From Vulcanimicrobiales bacterium (GTDB lineage Bacteria > Vulcanimicrobiota > Vulcanimicrobiia > Vulcanimicrobiales > Vulcanimicrobiaceae): a stretch of 64,000 nt of DNA. Positions within the stretch are counted from its first letter, which is position 1. Every line of letters starts with the position of its first letter. The stretch lies in the NCBI GenBank assembly GCA_038215615.1, contig JBBQQR010000009.1, forward strand, positions 1 through 64,000, in the 5' to 3' direction. Shown here in pieces: positions 29,065-40,938 of this stretch. A model generated the notes under the pieces. The model saw only the letters and a list, made by a program, of their open reading frames with translations, searched no databases and had not been told where the DNA came from. The translations under genes and the position numbers were made by a program.

Positions 29065-29901
29065 ATGCTTCAGTCAAAAGAGTTGGTAACGACCGAGATC
29101 GCGGACGGAATCGCGATCGTGACGATGCGCCGTCCCGAGAAGCGCAATGCGCTTTCGCTCGAGGTGATGCGCGAGCTGCTGCGCGCGTTTTCCGCAATCG
29201 GCGAAAACAGCGACGTGGGCGCGGTCATCCTGGCGGGTGACGGTCCGGCGTTTAGCGCCGGGCACGATCTGCGCGAGCTGCGCGAACGCGATGTGGCGGC
29301 GTACCGCGAGATTTTCGACGCCTGCGTCGATCTCATGGAAACGATCCAGCGCATTCCCCAACCGGTGATCGCCGAGGTCGCGACGATCGCGACTGCGGCC
29401 GGCTGCCAGCTGGTCGCATCGTGCGACTTGGCGGTAGCGTCCACGGACGCGAAGTTCGCTACGCCCGGCGTGCGCATCGGCCTGTTCTGCACTACGCCGA
29501 TGGTCGCGCTGACCCGCGCTATCGGACGCAAGCGCGCGATGGAGATGCTGCTGACCGGGGACTTCATCGACGCGGCAACGGCGGCGGAGTGGGGGCTGGT
29601 GAACCGCGCTGTCCCGGCGGACGGCTTGCGCGCCTCGACGATGGCGCTGGCGAGAAAGATTTGCGAGTCGAGCCCGAGTGTCATCGCGCTTGGAAAGACC
29701 GCCTTCTACGCGCAGTACGGCTTGGACCAGCATGACGCGTACGGCTACGCGAAGGACGTGATGACCATGAATGCGCTAGCTGCCGACGCTCAGGAAGGGA
29801 TGGCAGCATTCCTGGAAAGACGACCGCCGCGCTGGGGTTCCTCGCCCGAAAAAAAATCTGTTGATGACGGCAGGGGGGACGCTCAGCGCGCGGAATCGTG
29901 A
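29065..29901 (+). CDS. enoyl-CoA hydratase/isomerase
   Basis: RRPEKRNALS, FSAGHDL, ATAAGCQLVASCD, FATPGV.IGLFC. Confidence 0.9.
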   Translation: MLQSKELVTTEIADGIAIVTMRRPEKRNALSLEVMRELLRAFSAIGENSDVGAVILAGDGPAFSAGHDLRELRERDVAAYREIFDACVDLMETIQRIPQPVIAEVATIATAAGCQLVASCDLAVASTDAKFATPGVRIGLFCTTPMVALTRAIGRKRAMEMLLTGDFIDAATAAEWGLVNRAVPADGLRASTMALARKICESSPSVIALGKTAFYAQYGLDQHDAYGYAKDVMTMNALAADAQEGMAAFLERRPPRWGSSPEKKSVDDGRGDAQRAES

Positions 29902-29996
29902 ATGCTCTCCCGCGCGGGCTCGTGGGCCCCGCCGGTGCAGAATGTACAATCGTCGCCCACACCCGGTATGCGGGCAACCGCATACGCGACGACAGT

Positions 29997-30030
29997 GAGG
30001 GCTCGCTTCTGGCGGGCCTTCCTGTTTTTT
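29997..30030 (+). terminator. intrinsic terminator or attenuator hairpin just upstream of the DUF5693-like gene
   Basis: GAGGGCTCGC-TTCTG-GCGGGCCTTC followed by CTGTTTTTT. Confidence 0.65.
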
Positions 30031-30037
30031 GAAGCGA

Positions 30038-32050
30038 ATGCGCGCAAGCGTGAACCGGCTCGATCCAAGAACGCGCTTTGCTGCCTTGATCCTTTTGATT
30101 GCTCTGCTCGCTTGCGCGGTTGTGGCGTTCGAGCGCGCGCGCATCGAGTCGGCGACGCGCCGCGTCGAGCTGACGATGGATTACAACGACTTTCTCTCGC
30201 TGGCGCGCTCCTACAATTACGATCCGGCGGATTTCTTGGTCGAGATGCGCCGCGCCGGCCTGACGTCGCTCGCGCTGACCGAGGAGCTCGGCTCGAACGT
30301 CGGCAGTTCGAACAATGCCATCGCGCTGCCGGGCGCGGCCCTCGCGGCCCAGGCCCACGTGGGTGGAATCGCGGATCCGACGCTGCTGGCGCTGGTTGGG
30401 GCGGGAAAAGTGCGCCCGGATGAAGTCTACCTGCTCGTGTTCGACACGCCGACGTACCTGCGGTACCGGCTGCAGCTCCCGCTGCATTTCGAGTCGAAAA
30501 GCATCCGCGTTTTGCACGCCGTCAAACCATACGTTATCGCGCTGCGTTCGCAGATCGACTATTTCAATACGACCGGCCTCGGCATTCCGGCGGATCAAGT
30601 CGCCCTCGCGCGCCGGTTACATCTGCTAATCGATCCGCGCTTTCAAAACGACGAGCGGTTTACCTTGCCGCAGATTCAGCGCGAGTTTGCCTACACCGGC
30701 GCCGGCAACCGCCTGGCCACGGTCGTCTTCTTCGGGCTGCGCAATCAGGTGATGGGATTTCCGGACCACGTGAAAGAGATGGCGCAACTTTTTGGCGAGC
30801 AGCCGTACCGCGCGCTGAACTTCGGTGAGATCGAAACCTACGATTCGAGCCAAGTGCAGAAGGGGAGCAGCGAACTCGCCTCGCTCATTCCCGGTCGCAC
30901 GGTGCGGGTCGAGGCGATCAATAAAGTCGAGCTCGACAAACTCGCCTTGCCTGAAATCGTTGCGCGTTACGAACTCGGCGTGCGCGAACGCAACGTGCGC
31001 GTGGTTTACTTGCGTCCGTTCGCCCATCAATACAACGGACTCTCGATCGAAAAGACCAACGTCGAAATGGTTCGGGAGATCGCCGGCGATCTGGCCGCGC
31101 GCGGTTTCAAGATGGGCCGAGCCGCGCCGATTCCGCTCTATCGTGGAAATAACCGCATCTTGGTTGGACTGGCCGCGCTGGCCGTGCCCTCGATCTTCTT
31201 GCTGCTGCTCGGATTCTACGGCTGGTATCGTCCTCTGTGGGCCATCGCGGCGTACGGCGCCACGGTGCTCCTGTATGCCGGCGGCAACCTTTCGCACCAC
31301 GATCTACTCGCGCGCTCCATCATTGCGCTGAGCGGCGGCCTGCTTTTCGCCGCTGCCGGATTCTCGGTCTTGAGCCGCGCCTTTCTGCAGGCGCCGGCGG
31401 CGACGATCGGACGTCAGATCCGGCGCAGTGTCGCGTGGACGCTGGTCGCGACGGGCATCACGCTGCTGGGCGCGCTCCTCGTCGTCGGCGTCATGAGTTC
31501 GCCGCTGGTCATGGAAGAAGTCGAACCGTTCCGCGGCGTGAAACTGCTGCTCGCGCTGCCGCCGCTGATCGCGCTCGCGCTCTATCTTTTCACCGACAAA
31601 TTCGATCCGCAACGGCGCGACGCGCGCGAAACGCTGACGGACCCCGTGCGCATCTTTCAGCTCGCGGCCGCCGCCATCGTGCTCGGCGTCGGCGCGCTCG
31701 TGCTGCTGCGCAGCGGCAACCAAAGCGACATCTCACCGTCCTCGTTCGAGCTGGCGCTCCGGCACAACCTGACTTCGCTCCTGGCGGTGCGGCCGCGCTT
31801 CAAGGAATTCGTCATCGGATTTCCGGCGCTGATGCTGATGCCGGCGTTGCGTATTCCGCACCGGCGCTGGCTCGGGGTTCTGCTCGCGCTCGCTATCGGC
31901 ATCGGCTTGGGCGACGTCATCGACACGTTCTCGCATCTGCACACGGAACTGCTGGTCTCGGTGCTGCGCATTTTCAACGGATTGCTCATCGGCGCGGTCG
32001 TCGGAATCATTGCTATCCTTATCTATCGCGCGTTTGCATTCCGCCGCTAA
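30038..32050 (+). CDS. DUF5693-like membrane protein (csaB-associated)
   Basis: N-terminal TM, large soluble domain, C-terminal TMs with FRGVK, RPRFKEFVIGFP and TFSHLHT; adjacent to csaB. Start 30038 or 30050. Confidence 0.75.
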   Translation: MRASVNRLDPRTRFAALILLIALLACAVVAFERARIESATRRVELTMDYNDFLSLARSYNYDPADFLVEMRRAGLTSLALTEELGSNVGSSNNAIALPGAALAAQAHVGGIADPTLLALVGAGKVRPDEVYLLVFDTPTYLRYRLQLPLHFESKSIRVLHAVKPYVIALRSQIDYFNTTGLGIPADQVALARRLHLLIDPRFQNDERFTLPQIQREFAYTGAGNRLATVVFFGLRNQVMGFPDHVKEMAQLFGEQPYRALNFGEIETYDSSQVQKGSSELASLIPGRTVRVEAINKVELDKLALPEIVARYELGVRERNVRVVYLRPFAHQYNGLSIEKTNVEMVREIAGDLAARGFKMGRAAPIPLYRGNNRILVGLAALAVPSIFLLLLGFYGWYRPLWAIAAYGATVLLYAGGNLSHHDLLARSIIALSGGLLFAAAGFSVLSRAFLQAPAATIGRQIRRSVAWTLVATGITLLGALLVVGVMSSPLVMEEVEPFRGVKLLLALPPLIALALYLFTDKFDPQRRDARETLTDPVRIFQLAAAAIVLGVGALVLLRSGNQSDISPSSFELALRHNLTSLLAVRPRFKEFVIGFPALMLMPALRIPHRRWLGVLLALAIGIGLGDVIDTFSHLHTELLVSVLRIFNGLLIGAVVGIIAILIYRAFAFRR

Positions 32051-32056
32051 CCTTTT

Positions 32057-33163
32057 GTGCGGCTGTTACTGAGCGGGTACTATGGGTTTGGAAACCTCGG
32101 CGATGAAGCGCTTCTGGCTGTGATCGTCTCGCAACTTCGCACGCGACATCCCTATGCCGAAATCGACGTGCTCAGCGCCAAGCCCGAGGTGACGGCGCAC
32201 GAATTGCGGGTGGACGCGACGCCGCGCTGGGATTCCAAGGCGGTGCGCCAAGCGATCGAACGCGCCGACGTAGTGCTTTCGGGCGGCGGCGGATTGCTGC
32301 AAAATGCGACCAGCTTGCGCAGCCTCATCTATTACAGCGGCATTATTCGGGCTGCGGTGCGCGCGCGGCGAACGACGATGATCTTCGCGCAGTCGATCGG
32401 TCCGCTCGATTTTTGGGGAAGAACCGTCGTGCGTGAAACGTGTAAGGGTATCGCGGGCGCAACCGTTCGTGACGATCGGTCGCGCGAGTTGCTCGGCTCG
32501 CTGCTGCCCGGCATCCGGGTGGAACGAACCGCGGACCCGGCATTTCTGTTCGAAACGCCCGAGGATCAAGATGACTTTTCCGCCGACGGTTTGGGACCGC
32601 AAAGCGATCCGCTCGCGATTATCAGCGTGCGCAAGGCCAATGGTTTGAAAGATCGCATCGACGTGCTGGCGCGGGCGGTCGACCGGCTGAGCGAAGAGCA
32701 TGGGTTGCGAGTTGCGTTTCTTCCGCTGGGCGGCGCGTCCGATGCGGAAGTTTCCACGACGATCATTCGCAAGTGCCGCACGCCGGCCGTGCTGTTGCCC
32801 GAAGCGCCGCTCGCTCGCGCTGCAAACATTATCGGGCGCGCCAAAGTTTTGGTCGGTATGCGGCTGCATTCGCTCATTCTGGCTGCGCGTCAGGGCGTGC
32901 CGTTTCTGGCGATTCCCTACGATCCGAAGGTCACGGCTTTTTGCGCAGATCTGGCTTATCCGCTGCCGCCGCTTTTTTCGCTCGAGACACCGGAAGAAAA
33001 GCCGGCTCCCGAGGCGGTCGATTCGGCGATCGACGCTCTGTGGAACCGGCGCGAGTCGCTGCGCGAGTACTTGCTGGCCGCGCGCGAGCCGCTGGAGCGA
33101 TTGGCGCTGCGCAACTTTGAAGTGCTCGACGAGCTGATCGCGCAAGGGCCGCCGCGTGAGTGA
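32057..33163 (+). CDS. csaB: polysaccharide pyruvyl transferase
   Basis: SGYYGFGNLGDEA, SGGGGLLQ.ATS.RSL.YY, QSIGP, GMRLHSLI, YDPKV. Confidence 0.9.
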   Translation: MRLLLSGYYGFGNLGDEALLAVIVSQLRTRHPYAEIDVLSAKPEVTAHELRVDATPRWDSKAVRQAIERADVVLSGGGGLLQNATSLRSLIYYSGIIRAAVRARRTTMIFAQSIGPLDFWGRTVVRETCKGIAGATVRDDRSRELLGSLLPGIRVERTADPAFLFETPEDQDDFSADGLGPQSDPLAIISVRKANGLKDRIDVLARAVDRLSEEHGLRVAFLPLGGASDAEVSTTIIRKCRTPAVLLPEAPLARAANIIGRAKVLVGMRLHSLILAARQGVPFLAIPYDPKVTAFCADLAYPLPPLFSLETPEEKPAPEAVDSAIDALWNRRESLREYLLAAREPLERLALRNFEVLDELIAQGPPRE

Positions 33164-35957
33164 TCCGGCGGAACGCGATTATCGCGACACGCTGAACCTG
33201 CCGAAGACGGACTTTCCGATGAAAGCGGACTTGCCGAAGCGGGAGCCCGACCGCGTCGCGTGGTGGGAAGAGCGGCGCACCTACGAAAAACGCCTCGAGC
33301 GCAATGCGCGCAACGCGCCGTGGATATTGCACGACGGTCCACCTTATGCCAACGGCGAGCTGCACATGGGCCATTTCCTGAACATGGTCCTGAAAGACAT
33401 CTTCGTAAAAATAGCGCTAATCGATTCGCGCTGGGCGAAGTTCGTGCCGGGCTGGGACATGCATGGCTTACCGATCGAGCTCGATACGCTCAAGCATCTA
33501 AAAATAAAAGATTTTCACGACGTCGATCCGGTCGAGTTCCGGGAGAAGTGCAAAGAGCGCGCGCTGCATTGGCTGGACCGCCAACGCTCGGTGCGCATGC
33601 GCATGGGGAACTTCGGCGACTGGCAGCATCCGTATCGCACGATCGATCCCGAATTTGAAGCGACGATCGTGGAAACGCTCGGCGCGCTCGCATCCAAGAA
33701 TCAGCTCTACAAAGGCCTGCGCTCGACGCTGTGGTGCATTCACGACGAAACGGCGCTCGCCGAAGCGGAGATCGAATACAAGCCGCGCGTCTCGCCGTCG
33801 GTCACGGTACGTTTTACCGCGAACGACGCCCAACGAATGGCACTCTTAAGTGCCATGGCGAGCCTGTCGAACCACCCCGAGCAGCGCGGCGTAGCCGCGC
33901 AAGCCGAGGGGCTTTCAAAGCTAAGCCTCCTCATCTGGACCACGACACCGTGGACGCTGCCCGCAAATGCCGCGATCGCGCTGCGTCCGGATGCCGAGTA
34001 TGGTTTGTACGTGGTGGGCGATGAAGCGGTGATTGTTGCCGATGCGCTCGCCGAAAAAACGTTAGGCGACCGCGTCGTGGACGCGCGGCGAATCGGGGGC
34101 GCGAAGGGAAGCGCGTTGGAAGGATTGGCGGTCCGCCATCCGTTCATGGATCGCGACACGCCGATCGTGCTCGCCGATTACGTCGACATGGAAACCGGAA
34201 CCGGCGCGGTACACACGGCGCCGGGGCACGGTGCGGACGACTTCGAAACGGGCGTGAAATACAATTTGCCGATTATCAATCCGGTCAATTCTGGCGGCGT
34301 TTTCACGAGCGAAGCGGGACCGTACGCCGGCATGCACATTTGGAAAGCCAATCCGAAGATCGTCGAGGATCTGCGCGCGAGCGGCGCGCTTTGGGATTAT
34401 GCGGACTTCGAACACAGCTATCCGCACTGCTGGCGCTGCCACAACCCGGTGATCTTCCGCGCAACCGCGCAGTGGTTCATCGCGATGGATCAAAACCGGC
34501 TGCGCGCGCGCACGATCGAAAACATCCGCAGCGTGCAGTGGACGCCCGCGTGGGGCCAAGAACGCATCGCGCAAATGCTCGAGACGCATCCCGAGTGGTG
34601 CATCTCGCGTCAGCGCACGTGGGGAACGCCGATTCCGGCAATTGTTTGCAAGGGATGCGGCGAATCGATCCTCGATCCCGAAGTCGCCCGCATTACTGCC
34701 GAAATCTTTCGGGAACGCGGCGCCAATGCGTGGTGGACCGATCCGGTGCAGAGTTTTCTGCCGCCAAATTTTGCCTGCCCCAAGTGCCGAAGCACGACGT
34801 TCGAAAAAGAAAAGAACATCGTCGACATCTGGTTTGAATCGGGCGTGACGCACTTGGCCGTGCTCGGCAAAAACGGCTTGCCTTGGCCGTCCGATCTGGT
34901 GCTGGAAGGCGGCGATCAGTATCGCGGCTGGTTCCGCAGCTCGATCGTGACGGCGACCGCGGTTAAAGGCGTGGCGCCTTATAAACACGTGGTGAAGAAC
35001 GGCTGGGTCAACGACGAGAGCGGCCGGCAGATGAGCAAATCGCTCGGCACCGGCATCGACGCGCAGGAAGCGATGCAAAAATGGGGCGCGGACGTGCTGC
35101 GTTTGTGGGCGGCTTCGGTGGAGTTCGTCGACGACGTGCGCTTCGGGCCGCACGTCATCGAACAAGTCAGCCGCGTTTACCGCAACATTCGCAATCGCCT
35201 TCGCTTCATGGTGAGCAATCTTGGCGACGTGAATCCGGACGATCTCATCGCGCGCGAGAACATGGAGCCATTCGACGCGCTGGCGTGCGAGCAAGTCGAT
35301 CGCTGGACCGTGACCGTCCTGGAGTCGCTGCGCGACTACGACTTACACGGCGCTTATTTAGAGATCGTGCGTTTCGAAGGAGATGACCTCTCAAGCTTCT
35401 ATTTCGATGCGCTGAAGGACCGGCTCTATTCGAGCGCAGCCGGGGCGTCGCGCCGGCGCAGCGCGCAGAGCGCGCTCTTCTATATATTGCAGCGCGTGCT
35501 GGCAGTGCTGGCGCCACTCCTTTCCTTTACGGCGGAAGAAGCGTGGCAAGCGGTGCCGGCGGAGTTGCGCCGCAGCGACAGCGTCTTCGACCTGACTTTC
35601 GAATCGGGGCGCCCGGCCGGAGAAAAGGCTGCCGCCCTCTGGCAGCTGCTGAAAGAATTGCGCCAGCAAGTCGCCGCTAACGAGTCGCCGCGCGACTTTG
35701 AGGCCGACGCGAGCAGCGTTGTCGTTCCGGCGGCGATGCTGAACGACGTGACGGCGTTGGGCGACGGACTCCGCGAAGCTCTTGTGGTTTCCACTGTCGA
35801 GCGCGTGTCGGGTGACGGCGAGGAACGTCGCGTCTATTTACTGCCCGCTAAGGGCTCCAAATGCAAACGCTGCTGGAAATACCTACCGCTTGGAAGCGAT
35901 GCACAACATCCGTCGCTGTGCGCGCCGTGCGCAGAAACGGTTCATGCACTCGCTTAG
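33156..35957 (+). CDS. ileS: isoleucine--tRNA ligase
   Basis: DTLNLPKTDFPM, HDGPPYANG.LHMGH, WTTTPWT, WCISRQR, QMSKS, C-terminal CKRC...C..C. Confidence 0.97.
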   Translation: MSDPAERDYRDTLNLPKTDFPMKADLPKREPDRVAWWEERRTYEKRLERNARNAPWILHDGPPYANGELHMGHFLNMVLKDIFVKIALIDSRWAKFVPGWDMHGLPIELDTLKHLKIKDFHDVDPVEFREKCKERALHWLDRQRSVRMRMGNFGDWQHPYRTIDPEFEATIVETLGALASKNQLYKGLRSTLWCIHDETALAEAEIEYKPRVSPSVTVRFTANDAQRMALLSAMASLSNHPEQRGVAAQAEGLSKLSLLIWTTTPWTLPANAAIALRPDAEYGLYVVGDEAVIVADALAEKTLGDRVVDARRIGGAKGSALEGLAVRHPFMDRDTPIVLADYVDMETGTGAVHTAPGHGADDFETGVKYNLPIINPVNSGGVFTSEAGPYAGMHIWKANPKIVEDLRASGALWDYADFEHSYPHCWRCHNPVIFRATAQWFIAMDQNRLRARTIENIRSVQWTPAWGQERIAQMLETHPEWCISRQRTWGTPIPAIVCKGCGESILDPEVARITAEIFRERGANAWWTDPVQSFLPPNFACPKCRSTTFEKEKNIVDIWFESGVTHLAVLGKNGLPWPSDLVLEGGDQYRGWFRSSIVTATAVKGVAPYKHVVKNGWVNDESGRQMSKSLGTGIDAQEAMQKWGADVLRLWAASVEFVDDVRFGPHVIEQVSRVYRNIRNRLRFMVSNLGDVNPDDLIARENMEPFDALACEQVDRWTVTVLESLRDYDLHGAYLEIVRFEGDDLSSFYFDALKDRLYSSAAGASRRRSAQSALFYILQRVLAVLAPLLSFTAEEAWQAVPAELRRSDSVFDLTFESGRPAGEKAAALWQLLKELRQQVAANESPRDFEADASSVVVPAAMLNDVTALGDGLREALVVSTVERVSGDGEERRVYLLPAKGSKCKRCWKYLPLGSDAQHPSLCAPCAETVHALA
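33851..33912 (+). repeat. REP-like composite palindrome, in frame inside ileS
   Basis: TGCCA TGG CGAG CCTG TCGAA CCA CCC CGAG CAG CGCGGC GTA GCCGCG CAAG CCGAG GGG C aligns with the copy at 35974. Confidence 0.85.
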
Positions 35958-35973
35958 CGTAGGGCGTTCATGT

Positions 35974-36035
35974 TGTCATCGTGAGCCTGTCGAACGACCC
36001 TGAGTAGCGCATCTGCGATGCGCGGATCGAAGGGC
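35974..36035 (+). repeat. REP-like composite palindrome, left flank of the GIY-YIG gene
   Basis: TGTCA TCG TGAG CCTG TCGAA CGA CCC TGAG TAG CGCATC TGC GATGCG CGGA TCGAA GGG C. Confidence 0.9.
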
Positions 36036-36077
36036 TCGGGGCCTTGTTAAATGTTTCCTCGGTCGCAGTAGAGACGC

Positions 36078-36367
36078 ATGCGACGTTATTACGTGTACAT
36101 GTTACAGTGCGCCGACGGCAGCTTCTATATCGGGATAACGAACAATTTGGATTTGCGCGTTTGGCAGCACAACGAAGGTATCGATACGCACTGCTATACG
36201 TACTTGAGGCGCCCCGCGACACTCGTCTATTCCACCGATTTCGATGACCCGAAAAGGGCCATCTCGTGGGAAAAAAGCTCAAAGGCTGGTCACGTAAAAA
36301 GAAACAAGCTCTCATCGATGATAACTGGAGCCGAATAAGCGAGCTCGCGCGTAGAAAAATCGTGTGA
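36078..36367 (+). pseudogene. small GIY-YIG nuclease (UPF0213/YhbQ-like), 1-nt frameshift at the A run 36271-36276
   Basis: YYVYMLQCADGSFYIGITNNL..R..QHN.G. The -1 frame continues with the family tail KLKGWSRKKKQALIDDNW to TGA 36365-36367. Confidence 0.85.
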
Positions 36368-36371
36368 ACGC

Positions 36372-36433
36372 GCCCCCTCGACCTGGGCGCTTTCGCGCCC
36401 TGCTCGGGGTCCTTCGACAGGCTCAGGATGACA
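36372..36433 (-). repeat. REP-like composite palindrome, right flank of the GIY-YIG gene (inverted)
   Basis: Reverse complement: TGTCA TCC TGAG CCTG TCGAA GGA CCC CGAG CAG GGCGC GAAA GCGCC CAGG TCGAG GGG. Confidence 0.9.
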
Positions 36434-36447
36434 ACTGATAGGCGACG

Positions 36448-36885
36448 CTATTTCAGCGTCTGGACAAACTCCGCAACGTCGTGAAGATCGCGCGGCGTCA
36501 TCTTCCAGCGCGGCATGACGGGATCGAGCACCTTGCCCTGGTTATCGACGCCGGTGGAAATGGCGCGCTCCAAACTTTGGAGCGTATAGGCCGGTTTGAC
36601 GGACGCGAGCGCCTTTTGCCGCAAGTCGGCGCTCACGGCTCCTCCCGGCAGGTGCACGCCGCCCGAACCATCGGCGCGATGGCAGGCCGCGCACGACGTG
36701 CGCAGCGGCGGATGCAGTGCATTGATGCGAAAACCTTGGCTGTCCTTGCCGGTGAGGAAGATCATACGCCCATCGGACATAGCGCTCATCCTGGCTGCGG
36801 TCGCGGCGCGCTGCGCTTGCATCGAGTTGTTCGCGCACGCGCAAAGCGTGGTTAACGCAACGAGCGGAATGATATATTTTCGCAC
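36448..36885 (-). CDS. c-type cytochrome lipoprotein
   Basis: Lipobox-like LCAC, single CAACH heme motif, distal MP; GGAGG before TTG. Confidence 0.8.
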   Translation of the reverse strand: MRKYIIPLVALTTLCACANNSMQAQRAATAARMSAMSDGRMIFLTGKDSQGFRINALHPPLRTSCAACHRADGSGGVHLPGGAVSADLRQKALASVKPAYTLQSLERAISTGVDNQGKVLDPVMPRWKMTPRDLHDVAEFVQTLK

Positions 36886-36920
36886 AATGAACCTCCGAAC
36901 TGCAGTGTTGTTATCCTTCT

Positions 36921-39732
<2,812 letters not shown>

Positions 39733-39755
<23 letters not shown>

Positions 39756-40206
39756 GGCTTGAGAGGATCAGCAAGATGACGCCAATCGTTATGCACGTGT
39801 CGGCGACGTCAAAAATGTTCGGCCAGATTTTGTAAAAGTCGATGAAGTCGATCACATAGCGGTAATGCAGGCGGTCGACGATGTTGCCGATCGCGCCGCC
39901 GAGGATCATGCCGAAGGCGATGCGCACAGTCCGCGAGGTACGCGCCTGATCGCGAAACGAGAACCAAAAGATCGCGAGCACGACGGCCGCCATCGCGATG
40001 AGCAGCGCCGGCGAGTCGCCGAAAAGTCCGAACGCGCCGTGCTGATTTTGCTCGTACGTCCAGCGCAGCAAGCCCGGAATGACCAGCCGGCTTTCCCCGG
40101 GCATGAAATGCCCTGCAATGTAGCGTTTGCTGAGCTGATCGGCCGCGACGACGAGCGCCGCCACCAGAACCAGCTGGAACGTGTCAGATTTTTGGCGTCG
40201 GAACAT
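39733..40206 (-). CDS. lspA: lipoprotein signal peptidase II
   Basis: DQLSK, NQHGAFGL, GGAIGNIVDRL...VIDFI, FDVAD. Confidence 0.92.
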
Positions 40207-40912
40207 ATTGATAGAGCTTTCCCGAAAGTGGAAGGAACCAGTCGTTGACCAACACGATGCCGACCAGAATCATAAAGACTCCGGCGGCAATTTCGATCGC
40301 CGGCAAAAAGCGTTTGATGCGGTTGAGCGCGGGCAGCACGGCGCCGAAAGCGAGCGCCAACACGATGAACGGCACCGCCAGGCCCATGGAGTAGATGAAC
40401 AGCAGCCACGCGCCCTGCGCGGCGCCCCCGGACTGCGACGCGATGGCAAGGATCGCCGCGAGAATCGGGCCGATGCACGGCGACCAGCCGGCCGCAAATG
40501 CGATGCCGACGATGCCCGACATGAAAAAGGAACGGTTGCCCGGCGGCAGATGCAGACGTTTGTCCATGGCCAGGAACTTCAAACGGAAAACGCCGATCAT
40601 TTGCAATCCCAAGATGATGATGATAACGCCGCCGACTTGTGCGATAACGTGGCGGTTGGTCTTGAGCACTCCGCCGATGGCGCTGGCCGATGCGCCGAGC
40701 GCCACGAAAACGATCGTGAAGCCGATAATGAATGCGACCGCGTGCGCGATGACGCGAGCGCGCGCCGGCGCGGCCATGCTGCCTTGCAGTTCCTCCAGCG
40801 TCGAGCCGGTCAGAAATGAAAGATACGCCGGAACCAGCGGGAGGACGCAGGGAGAAACGAAGGAAACGAGGCCCGCCAGGAACGCAATCCCAGCCCCGAC
40901 GTGCGTGGTCAC
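40184..40912 (-). CDS. ccdA: cytochrome c biogenesis protein
   Basis: AGLVSFVSPCVLPLVPAY, GWSPCIGPIL, YSMGLAVPF. Confidence 0.92.
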   Translation of the reverse strand: MTTHVGAGIAFLAGLVSFVSPCVLPLVPAYLSFLTGSTLEELQGSMAAPARARVIAHAVAFIIGFTIVFVALGASASAIGGVLKTNRHVIAQVGGVIIIILGLQMIGVFRLKFLAMDKRLHLPPGNRSFFMSGIVGIAFAAGWSPCIGPILAAILAIASQSGGAAQGAWLLFIYSMGLAVPFIVLALAFGAVLPALNRIKRFLPAIEIAAGVFMILVGIVLVNDWFLPLSGKLYQYVPTPKI

Positions 40913-40938
40913 GCAATCTTCATTTGACAGGACCGCTC

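Noticed and set aside
29902..33156. T-box riboswitch for ileS
   Set aside because: No TGGNACC T-box consensus or stem I motifs were found in the leader, and the ileS start overlaps csaB.
35025..35045. QMSKS instead of KMSKS in IleRS
   Set aside because: The first position of the motif is variable and the catalytic second Lys is retained.
34062..35294. Long antisense and alternative-frame ORFs (e.g. 34062-35294, 32066-33145, 45416-46444, 62761-63951)
   Set aside because: They are shadows of well-supported genes in GC-rich DNA, with Arg/Ala-rich, motif-free translations.
29055..36433. tRNA-Val as an integration site for an island
   Set aside because: No integrase and no duplicated tRNA 3' end were seen; the downstream genes are housekeeping.
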